From Candidatus Thorarchaeota archaeon (GTDB lineage Archaea; Asgardarchaeota; Thorarchaeia; Thorarchaeales; Thorarchaeaceae), in the NCBI GenBank assembly GCA_011364985.1, contig RDOC01000001.1, positions 422,630 to 471,486 of the forward strand: a stretch of DNA of 48,857 bases. The letters are read 5' to 3'. The notes beneath the pieces are model-generated. The model worked only from the letters and a program-made list of their open reading frames with translations, was not told the DNA's origin and searched no databases. Below, piece by piece: positions 8,683-16,956 of the stretch (position 1 is the first letter of the stretch; every line of letters begins with the position of its first letter). The position numbers were made by a program, and so were the translations under genes.

Positions 8683-9405
8683 TTACTCTGGGGTCACTCT
8701 TGCAAGTATGTTCTCCCTTATCAATCTTAGTTCGCCACGGACATCTCTCTGGATATGCATATCAGGTCCTAGGTACACCTGTAGATGACTTCGGGTCCCT
8801 GCTCTTCGAACTCCTTTCTTTAGCGCAAGTTTAATCCTGATTCCGTAAAATGTGAAAATGGAGAACAAAGCAGGGCATGAGAGCATTATAAGTCCTCCTG
8901 TCCCAAGAAGCATCAGAACTCGTGACAGGACAAAGAAATCTTCAATGTCGTATACAAGGAATGATACTATTAAGGCAATGATTGCAGCCAGCCACGCAAC
9001 AAGTGTGATTCTAGCCTTCAGTACTGGTTCAAGTTTTTCAATGTCTGCGCTAATCTCAAGATCTGTTCTCTTGAAGAGGAAATCCTGAAAATGTCGTAGT
9101 CTTCTATGAATTGTATATGCAAGTGGGAGAGGTGCAACAATTACCAGAGATAGGAAGCTGAATGCCAAAACGGGATCTCTATCAATGATTGTCAAGAAGC
9201 TGATGATAAGACTTGTACAAATGCCCCCTATGGCTGAAATTTGAATTATTATCTCGGTCAAGGTGGCATGGCGAATGAAAAAGATCACCAGTGTCTTTTC
9301 AGTACTTCTTGATTCTGCTTGACTCTCTAGCATGAGGTACAAGGAAAATCCGAAGAAGCATGATACAAGTCCGCCAGCAAAAACTAATACTCCACCATCC
9401 AACAC
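8683..9405 (-). CDS. Hypothetical multi-pass membrane protein; 3' end reads through an actin-derived repeat
   Basis: Five to six hydrophobic segments; no recognised motif. Confidence 0.6.
   Translation of the reverse strand: MLDGGVLVFAGGLVSCFFGFSLYLMLESQAESRSTEKTLVIFFIRHATLTEIIIQISAIGGICTSLIISFLTIIDRDPVLAFSFLSLVIVAPLPLAYTIHRRLRHFQDFLFKRTDLEISADIEKLEPVLKARITLVAWLAAIIALIVSFLVYDIEDFFVLSRVLMLLGTGGLIMLSCPALFSIFTFYGIRIKLALKKGVRRAGTRSHLQVYLGPDMHIQRDVRGELRLIRENILARVTPE
8763..8816 (-). repeat. Near-identical copy of actin 3' end (copy 1, att-like direct repeat)
   Basis: 50/54 nt identical to 9561-9614; minus frame (R)[15 protein letters not shown] vs actin [16 protein letters not shown]. Confidence 0.97.
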
Positions 9406-9523
9406 AGTATTTCCTCAGTCCTCTGTTGAACCTGCCAAGTTAATGAATTCTTCCTATGCTAATAATTCTGTAACAATGTTGTTCACTTCATTGAATTTTG
9501 AAATGCAGGAAAAATAGAGGTGT

Positions 9524-9549
9524 GAAGGAGGGCTTCGCGGCCCACCTTC
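9524..9549 (-). terminator. Hairpin just downstream of the actin stop codon
   Basis: gaaggagggc-ttcgcg-gcccaccttc inverted repeat; T-rich run follows on the minus strand. Confidence 0.55.
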
Positions 9550-9566
9550 GAAACTACGGTCAGGTC

Positions 9567-10706
9567 TTAGATACACCTGTGGATGACTTCGGGTCCCTGC
9601 TCTTCGAATTCCTTGCGGCTCACCCACATCTTCTGGAAGGTCTTAAGTGAGGCAAGAATGGAACCGCCGATCCAGACAGAGTACTGTCTCTCGGGTGGAG
9701 CAATGATGCGGACCTCGATGTTCTCTGGAACTAGTTCGGTGATCTCCTTATGGAGTCGCTCCTTGAGTCCTGGGAACATAGTCGAACCACCGGACAACAC
9801 AACGTTGGCATAGAGGTCACGTCGTAGGTCGACGTCACACGCCTTGATTGACTCAACAATGTGGTCGTCGAGTGGCTGGGTGTCAAGACCAATAGCGCTT
9901 GGATTAAAGAATAGCTCAGGAGCCTGGAACCTCTCTGCACCAACAGTGATTACCTCACCGTCTGGAAGCATGTAAGGCTTGTCGACACCAGCCTTGTCAG
10001 CGACTGTTCTCTCCCTCTCAGGATCAAGGGCTACGTAGCACAGCTTCTCCTTGACGTCTCTGACGATTTCCTTCTCAGCACCGCTCACGAAGGAATAGCC
10101 TCTCTGCCTGAGCAATCTGCGCAGGTACTCGGTGATGTCACGGCCTGCAAGATCAATTCTTCGGATAGCATGGGAAATAGCGAAACCCTCGTAGATTGGC
10201 ACGATGTGAGTCACACCATCACCAGAGTCTATGACAAGTCCCGTCGTTCTTCCGGATGCGTACAGCGAGAGTACTGCCTGAGTTGCAACGTATACTGCTG
10301 GTACACCGAAGTTGTCAAACATGACAGATGCCATGCGCTCTCTGTTCTCACGAGGATTGAACGGTGCCTCGGTGAGGAGAACAGGATTCTCGCTGGGATC
10401 CACCTTAAGATCGTTGTAGAAAGTGTAACTCCAGATCTTCTCAATTGCATCCCAGTCGTCAATTACACCGTGGGTGATTGGATAGACTAGTCGCAGTACA
10501 CCACGCAGGTTGATGGCTTCCTCACCGATGTAGTAGTCCCTCGTATAGTGGTCGACATCAGTCATGATCGACTCGTAACGTGGATATCCAATCAGTGTGG
10601 GCCAGACACTCCGTGGCTGATCTTCGCCGGCATAACCGTTTTTGCTTAGCCCAGTACCGTTGTCAATAACGATGGGCTTTGCACCAAGAAACTCGTCTTC
10701 AGCCAT
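9567..10706 (-). CDS. Actin (conserved Asgard Lokiactin type)
   Basis: [60 protein letters not shown]; 379 aa. Confidence 0.98.
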   Translation of the reverse strand: MAEDEFLGAKPIVIDNGTGLSKNGYAGEDQPRSVWPTLIGYPRYESIMTDVDHYTRDYYIGEEAINLRGVLRLVYPITHGVIDDWDAIEKIWSYTFYNDLKVDPSENPVLLTEAPFNPRENRERMASVMFDNFGVPAVYVATQAVLSLYASGRTTGLVIDSGDGVTHIVPIYEGFAISHAIRRIDLAGRDITEYLRRLLRQRGYSFVSGAEKEIVRDVKEKLCYVALDPERERTVADKAGVDKPYMLPDGEVITVGAERFQAPELFFNPSAIGLDTQPLDDHIVESIKACDVDLRRDLYANVVLSGGSTMFPGLKERLHKEITELVPENIEVRIIAPPERQYSVWIGGSILASLKTFQKMWVSRKEFEEQGPEVIHRCI

Positions 10707-10992
10707 TTTTATCGGTCCTCTTTTTTGGTTCTAGGAGAATCAGATTCTCAATCAGAGTTGAAACTACTCTGAACTGGAATCACGTTTCTGACGGAGATAT
10801 TTAAGCATTGTCTGTTTGTTTGTAATTGCTAGCACACATACATAGGTGATGTATGTCTAATGAATTTACTATATTGTAAACCGACTTCAATGAGCTATTT
10901 TGAGCGCATTCTCGATTCGGTAGATTAAGCATTCTTTTAAAGAATAATGAAATATACGTGAAATATATATATATCGTTGGTGTGCATTAGAC

Positions 10993-11832
10993 TTGGCGAA
11001 CGTAATGTTCTGGAAGACTGCAGACCAAGTTATTCAAGAGGAAGTCGAGAGTGTGCGTCCCCGAAAAGTCATTTTGGACCAGCTTGAGGGAGGCACCAAG
11101 ACAGGCAAGGAGCTACGGGATGCTATTCAAACAGATATGTTTGCTCAAGCCCTCCGAGAAGGAATGGAAGGAATGGCGCCTTCAGATTTCACTGTCACGG
11201 ACCCGAAGCTTTACTTCAATACCAAGTATCTTGAGGAGGCGGGCATCATCACAAGCAGGAAGGATTCCAGAGAGAGGCAGTTCGGCTTGACACCCTGGGC
11301 GATTCAACCTGTTCGTCGTGCACTCGGAGTAAAGAGACCAATTTTACTCCTCACCTCTATGTCTCACCCCGAGGACCAGCGACCCTTCGTATCGTGGATT
11401 TCATACCAGACAGAATTCGACATTGTACGTCTACGCATCCTTGTTGCAGATGGAACATTCAGAAGAGGAGCGTCTAGGAACCTGACGCGTCATGTGCCTG
11501 CAGAGATTGATGAAAAAGGAGACAGTGATTCGTCATACAGAAGAACATACCTTGAGAAGCTTCTTGACAATCCATGGGAGGACCTTCCTCTGGAAACAGT
11601 AGGGGACTTCGATACAAGCATCCCTGGGGACTTGATGGCCACTTATGGGAAGATTGAAGCGATTATCCAAAACAACCTTCCCGAATACGAAGTGGTCGTG
11701 GACCTATCAACAGGACCACCTCTCATACCAACTGCACTGACTCTTGTAGCAATGAACTACTCCCTCACGGCAATCTTCATCCGTCACCAAGGAGGGGCAT
11801 CCACAGTCACACGGGTCCTGCCAAGAGAGTGA
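10993..11832 (+). CDS. Winged-helix regulator with C-terminal CARF-like Rossmann domain
   Basis: N-terminal wHTH (LYFNTKYLEEAGIITSRK); C-terminal VVVDLSTGPPLIPTAL resembles the CARF D-x-[ST]-G motif. Confidence 0.55.
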   Translation: MANVMFWKTADQVIQEEVESVRPRKVILDQLEGGTKTGKELRDAIQTDMFAQALREGMEGMAPSDFTVTDPKLYFNTKYLEEAGIITSRKDSRERQFGLTPWAIQPVRRALGVKRPILLLTSMSHPEDQRPFVSWISYQTEFDIVRLRILVADGTFRRGASRNLTRHVPAEIDEKGDSDSSYRRTYLEKLLDNPWEDLPLETVGDFDTSIPGDLMATYGKIEAIIQNNLPEYEVVVDLSTGPPLIPTALTLVAMNYSLTAIFIRHQGGASTVTRVLPRE

Positions 11833-11836
11833 TACT

Positions 11837-12520
11837 ATGAGAGGTAAGAACAAGCTTGAATGGAAGCCAATCGACTTGGAGAGAAGACTGAAGCTCTTGG
11901 TCGATGCGGTCAATCAGATTGAGAGAACTACACCCAAGCAAAATACTCGACTCCTCAAGAAAACAAGACGGTGGTCCAAGCAACTCAATATGATACTCGA
12001 TTCGATCTCGAATATTAGGACTGCCTTGGGCCCAATCTTGGAAAATGCATTTGGTATGTCGATGAAAGACGATGAGCTCCTGCAAGTAGCAATGTTTCAA
12101 CCTAGTACAAAGAACTTGTTTCTGGAATTGGAAACGCACTTTCGAAATGAGGATGTGAGTCCTGTGAAAGACGACGATTTCACAGACCTGATAGCCCTTG
12201 GAGAAATGAGCCAAGTTCTGGCACTTGTGGGAGATGCGGCGATTTCAATGGCAGTGCTACACCAGCTCTGGAAATCTAGGGCTGCTGATGTTGGAATGTT
12301 AACACAACACCGTGCCAACGTCGTAAGCAATCAACATCTTGCAGAGGTATGTGATAGATGGCAACTCTATGATTACAGAATTCATTTTGATCCTGCCGGA
12401 CCAAGCCTGAGCGAAATGGAACATGATAAAGGAACGCTTCTTGAAGCGATTTACGGGATCGTATACATTCATCACGGCCTCGACAAAGTACGGGACTTGG
12501 TCACTCACATTGTTAGCTAG
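11837..12520 (+). CDS. Ribonuclease III-family protein (Mini-III-like, no dsRBD)
   Basis: LALVGDAAISM, VSNQHLA, GTLLEAIYGIVY. Confidence 0.8.
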   Translation: MRGKNKLEWKPIDLERRLKLLVDAVNQIERTTPKQNTRLLKKTRRWSKQLNMILDSISNIRTALGPILENAFGMSMKDDELLQVAMFQPSTKNLFLELETHFRNEDVSPVKDDDFTDLIALGEMSQVLALVGDAAISMAVLHQLWKSRAADVGMLTQHRANVVSNQHLAEVCDRWQLYDYRIHFDPAGPSLSEMEHDKGTLLEAIYGIVYIHHGLDKVRDLVTHIVS

Positions 12521-14064
12521 ACCTCGGTCATATCATATTCATCATCCAAGTACTTTCTGCCTGTACCGAGGGGGAAAAGTCTCTCAAATCGTTTGAGAAT
12601 ATCATTTGCATCTCCTGGGTCGGAATAGACTCTCACTGATGGAATTGTTCTTCTTTGCTGCCTCAGAATCTTCATCAATGGTGCTCCCTCATCTGTTTCA
12701 TCAAGAGGGATGATTTCTAGGCCAGTACGTTCCCCGCCAACAAGAAGCGGAATGCGACTCAACTTCTCTTCACCAAGATCAGGACTAACAACATCGATGA
12801 CAACACGCCCAGGTTCTTTAGCAACCTCAGTTTCTGCGTCCATCAAGCGTTCGATGTCATGCAACATTCTCAGGAATTCGCTTTGCACATCAATTGCGAA
12901 GGAGGAGATTGGTCTTGAAAGAACTACCTTGAAGAGACGTCTGTACCGAATTCTAGAGATGTACTCTCTTACGAAATCAATCTCAGAATCGCCAAGCCAA
13001 TCGTATAAATCGGCGTCGGTCCATCTTGTAAACAGCCCAATACATTCATTCTTGGATAATGCTTCTTCCTTGATTCTAAAATAGGTGGCCTTCGAGATCA
13101 AGGCCTCACTAAGCTTAACAGCATGATGCAAGTATAGATCACTAAACATCCAGTTGCGTGACAAAATCAGGGACTCAAGAGAGTGCAGGGCTTTGATCAT
13201 GAAAGCTCTAACATACTTCCTGCTTCGGTCACGCACGACCCTGTTTGTCATCATGACCCGTTCTGCCGGGAACAAGCCAAGTTGCACACCACTGAAGTGT
13301 GCATCACGAATTAGGTAATCGGTTTTATCTATATCTAAAGGGTGGTCAAGGAACTCGGACAGAAGACCTAGAATCGGGTCTCTTGTCTTGCCCCTGAATA
13401 CATCGATTATTATTCGAGGCTCCATGTCATTCTGCTGGAGGATTTCTGTTATGCTACTATTGAGAAGAATATGCTCGCCAAGGTCAAGATGGTCGAGACC
13501 AGCCCAAGCCTCAAGTGCATACTCAATGCTATGAGATGTTGGAGGATGGCCTATGTCATGAAGCAATGCAGCAGCACGAAATATCTTCTGGTGGTAATCA
13601 TCAAGCAAGTTTGACAAGGGAACAAAGCAGGGTTTGCCAATATCATTACAGTAATTCACCACGCTGATACATTTCTGGGCCAAGAAGCTCGTGCCCATGC
13701 AATGCTCAAAGCGAGTATGAGTAGCACCGGGATATACAATATGTGCAGGGCCTAACTGCTTGACAAATCTGAGCCTAAGCATCTCCCAGCTGGAGAGTAT
13801 ATCCAACTCCCAAGGATCAAAGATGATTGCACCGTGTATAGGATCTTGAATTGCTTTCTGCCGCGAATGCTTTTCACCCAATGATAACAGGCGTTTGTGG
13901 TTCGACACAATCTTTTCTATCTTTGCCAGAGCAGCTCCACCTGACGCCTTCGCAGTGACAAGGTTTTGTTCTCGAAGGCCAGTTACTCGGATGAGCTGAA
14001 TCAGATCAGGGTCTATTTGCTGATGTCTAACAGAATTTCCCTTGGGAATATTAGCTTGATTCAT
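12517..14064 (-). CDS. HD-domain phosphohydrolase (SAMHD1/dNTP triphosphohydrolase-like)
   Basis: IQDPIHG, RLRFVKQLG, YPGATHTRFEH, LLHDIGH, DIDKTDYLIRD, YLHH. Confidence 0.92.
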   Translation of the reverse strand: MNQANIPKGNSVRHQQIDPDLIQLIRVTGLREQNLVTAKASGGAALAKIEKIVSNHKRLLSLGEKHSRQKAIQDPIHGAIIFDPWELDILSSWEMLRLRFVKQLGPAHIVYPGATHTRFEHCMGTSFLAQKCISVVNYCNDIGKPCFVPLSNLLDDYHQKIFRAAALLHDIGHPPTSHSIEYALEAWAGLDHLDLGEHILLNSSITEILQQNDMEPRIIIDVFRGKTRDPILGLLSEFLDHPLDIDKTDYLIRDAHFSGVQLGLFPAERVMMTNRVVRDRSRKYVRAFMIKALHSLESLILSRNWMFSDLYLHHAVKLSEALISKATYFRIKEEALSKNECIGLFTRWTDADLYDWLGDSEIDFVREYISRIRYRRLFKVVLSRPISSFAIDVQSEFLRMLHDIERLMDAETEVAKEPGRVVIDVVSPDLGEEKLSRIPLLVGGERTGLEIIPLDETDEGAPLMKILRQQRRTIPSVRVYSDPGDANDILKRFERLFPLGTGRKYLDDEYDMTEV

Positions 14065-14133
14065 TGATGACCCCAGGTAGCTAGTCGCTCATCTCTCATA
14101 TAAGGCATCAGTTTGTCGTCCTTCCAGATGAAG

Positions 14134-14682
14134 TCAGGGGTATATTGGCTTTGAGCGCTGGACTCTCTCTCTTGCAGAAGCGTATTCAATCGTGTTGTCG
14201 CGTTCCATTGCTTTGCAGTACCCATCTGGGTGGCAATAGCCCCATCTTCGCAAGCTCTTGCAAGAAGGCGCACTGCGCACTTTGTAGAAGGGTGCATCAA
14301 CCAAGCTGGCTTTAACAAAATAGTCAGCAACGGTCTTTATGCTCTTTCTAGAATAAGCATACTTGATACAAGGAGGAGCACGCCTAACGAGATATGACGT
14401 GATAATTCGGAAAAGGCGAAGCCATAGAAGGCATTTCTTGGCAACATAAAGGAAGTCGCACTTCGGGCAGAATTTCTTCTCGATAGATAACATGCAGAAT
14501 TCGTTCCTGCTCTCTTTAGTTAGACCGGATTGACGAAGAAGGTGGAACTTGATGTCAACAAACCATTCAGGCGTAAAGGATCCAAACTCTGAGATGAACA
14601 GGCCAAGTTCTTTAGCAACGTCCTCATCGGATTCGTTCCAGTTATCTGGACTGAGCATGACATCTTCTGAAGGCACAGGCAT
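14134..14682 (-). CDS. Protein resembling the Fe-S C-terminal domain of primase large subunit
   Basis: APPCIK ... APSCKSLRRWGYC-x5-C ... Y; shorter spacing than PriL; extra CPKC. Confidence 0.5.
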   Translation of the reverse strand: MPVPSEDVMLSPDNWNESDEDVAKELGLFISEFGSFTPEWFVDIKFHLLRQSGLTKESRNEFCMLSIEKKFCPKCDFLYVAKKCLLWLRLFRIITSYLVRRAPPCIKYAYSRKSIKTVADYFVKASLVDAPFYKVRSAPSCKSLRRWGYCHPDGYCKAMERDNTIEYASARERVQRSKPIYP

Positions 14683-14852
14683 AGCTCTATCACTATTTGA
14701 TGTTGCAAACTAGGTCTTAAGGGCATCACTTGCCCTGTTGAGGTCTCCTGTACTGATTGTTACTTCAAATCGATACTCCTTGGAGCAACTCTTAAATTGT
14801 CTAAACGATGTCCGACCTTCGCAGTGCGAGTTCTATGTGAGGTTCTTTCGAG

Positions 14853-15863
14853 ATGGCCCAGCTCGACATAATATTTGAGGAATCGTTCAGGGAGCCAATC
14901 ACGTCTCTGGAACTTGCAGACATGGTTGGAGATGACAAGAACGAGCTGGTCATTTCGACACTAAATGGAGATATCAGGGCTTTTTCATTCCACCTAGGAA
15001 AGAAGCCAAAAATCAAGGAGATAGCGAAGACCGGAGGACTGCCACCTGTTGCGGCCTTCTCCGTGGGTGACATTCTTGGAAATGGAAGACCAGATTTTGT
15101 TGTTGGCGGCCTAGACAATTTCCTGCGGGTACTAGTCTACTTGGGTGGCAAGCTTGAAGTCCGAGGAACAACACCAGTTGGTACCCTTCCTACTGCGCTT
15201 ATGGTAGCCAATGTTGTTGATGACCCAAGTGCGGAAGTTCTGGTGGCTACAAACGATAAAGCGCTCAGATGCTATGGTTGGTATGATGTAGTTCTGGACA
15301 AGTTGGCGCATAAGGTTGTTGAACGACCCGTTTTCTCAATGCAACCTTTGAACACCAAGAATCTACCGTATAGTAGATTTGTATTTGGTGATGATAGTGG
15401 GTATCTCTATATCTACCAGTATGCCGATGATAGATTGCATGAGATTAGCAGAACCCGAATTGGAGGAGATGTGAATCTGGTAGCAACGGGCAATATCACT
15501 GGAAGCAGATATGACGAAACTGCGGTTATTGCAGATGGAAGAAACCTCACACTGCTATCTTTTGAGCAACAGTCTTTTGAGAAGATTTGCTCGATAAGAA
15601 CTCCCAATAATGTTGCATCTATTAGAATGGGACACCTTCTTGATGATCCTGAAAAGGGACAGATAATACTAGGTCTCTGTGATTCGAGCGTACTCCTATA
15701 TGATCTTGATGACGGTGAGCTAGTTGAGCTAGCGTCAATCAAGACGAAGTCAAAGGCAAGAGAAGCTATGATTGCCTTTGGAGATGTCACTGGAAACTCC
15801 CGGAATGAGATTATTCAAGCCGTTGGAAATGATTTGCTGGTATTATCTCTGAAAAGCGAATAA
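14853..15863 (+). CDS. FG-GAP-like repeat beta-propeller protein, no signal peptide
   Basis: Repeats ADMVGDDKNELVI, GDILGNGRPDFVV, ANVVDDPSAEVLV, GNITGSRYDETAV, GDVTGNSRNEII. Confidence 0.8.
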   Translation: MAQLDIIFEESFREPITSLELADMVGDDKNELVISTLNGDIRAFSFHLGKKPKIKEIAKTGGLPPVAAFSVGDILGNGRPDFVVGGLDNFLRVLVYLGGKLEVRGTTPVGTLPTALMVANVVDDPSAEVLVATNDKALRCYGWYDVVLDKLAHKVVERPVFSMQPLNTKNLPYSRFVFGDDSGYLYIYQYADDRLHEISRTRIGGDVNLVATGNITGSRYDETAVIADGRNLTLLSFEQQSFEKICSIRTPNNVASIRMGHLLDDPEKGQIILGLCDSSVLLYDLDDGELVELASIKTKSKAREAMIAFGDVTGNSRNEIIQAVGNDLLVLSLKSE

Positions 15864-15867
15864 ATAA

Positions 15868-16287
15868 CTATGTCAACTTCGGCATGAATACTTCATTGGG
15901 CTGCAGGATCTTAATCATCTTAACCTTGGTGTTCGACCTGATCTTAGGAACCACCTCGCCTTCAAGCCAAGACTTCACTTTCTCGCGGGCTTCCTCAATG
16001 GTATCGGCCTCTGCATTCATGTCGAACCTGACAAAGAGATTATAGGGCTCACGCTCGGAAACCTCTCTCTTGATCATGGCCCAAAATGCCTTGGAACCAG
16101 CCGGTATGTCAATACGTCCCAGAATCTCAGACCATGACTTCCCTTCGAGTCGTTTTGAAACCATGGCCAAATCTTTCAGTTCGGGCAGTTCCTTTAGCGC
16201 GGCCAAGACTTTCTCCCCTGTTGCTTTGATATCACTCATATCTTCGAACTCCGCAATTAAGTAATGGTCTGCTCTGAATTTGGGCAT
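15868..16287 (-). CDS. Hypothetical protein
   Basis: 139-aa ORF with globular composition filling the gap between neighbours. Confidence 0.65.
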   Translation of the reverse strand: MPKFRADHYLIAEFEDMSDIKATGEKVLAALKELPELKDLAMVSKRLEGKSWSEILGRIDIPAGSKAFWAMIKREVSEREPYNLFVRFDMNAEADTIEEAREKVKSWLEGEVVPKIRSNTKVKMIKILQPNEVFMPKLT

Positions 16288-16356
16288 TTGTTTTTGGCTC
16301 CATGTAATGTTGACGACGCGGCCTTCCTGCCTCCGCTCTTAAGTATAATGGTTTGC

Positions 16357-16956
16357 TTAGGTCTGCATAGATAGTTCTTTCGTGAAATGCTGGAAGCGAT
16401 ATGCAGCAGTTAGCAATCCCATGAGCGTCACGATAACCAAGCCCCACAATAGTATCGAGAAGATGGAAAACATGACCAAGGTGAGCAGTCGCTCGGACCT
16501 TGCACCCAAACCAACGTCAAGATCGGTCACCCCTAGACTTTCAGCCCTCGAACGAGTATAGCTAGTCAGCAACCATCCAGAAATACACAAGAACGTCCAA
16601 ATTGGTATGGGAAGAGAGAGAAAATCTTGCCCCTCGTATGCCAAGGCAATTCCCAGAATTAACACAACCTCCGAAATCTTATCGATGACAGAGTCAGTCA
16701 ACGCACCGATTGCAGAGGATCTTCCAGCTCCTTTGGCGATAGCCCCATCTACCCCATCAAAGAAACCAACTAGGAAAACGAAGACACCAAATAAAGGCTC
16801 GGATCCGATAACTAACAGAAAAAGACTTCCTAGAAGTGCAAAGAAAAGGGTCAAGAACGTCACTGAATTGGGAGGAACACTCATCTCTTGCATGGGCTTT
16901 GCCACACGGTACACAAGACCTTTGAAAATCCCGCGAACTCTATATTTGCTTGGCAT
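16357..16956 (-). CDS. CDP-alcohol phosphatidyltransferase (archaetidylinositol phosphate synthase-like)
   Basis: DGVDGAIAK...GALTDSVIDK motif; PNSVT; SYTRSRAE; RSER. Confidence 0.92.
   Translation of the reverse strand: MPSKYRVRGIFKGLVYRVAKPMQEMSVPPNSVTFLTLFFALLGSLFLLVIGSEPLFGVFVFLVGFFDGVDGAIAKGAGRSSAIGALTDSVIDKISEVVLILGIALAYEGQDFLSLPIPIWTFLCISGWLLTSYTRSRAESLGVTDLDVGLGARSERLLTLVMFSIFSILLWGLVIVTLMGLLTAAYRFQHFTKELSMQT

Noticed and set aside
531-9614. Actin-derived repeats as a CRISPR array or a DGR template/variable repeat pair
   Set aside because: Spacing is 0.7-3 kb with whole genes between; no cas or reverse transcriptase gene; mismatches are not adenine-specific.
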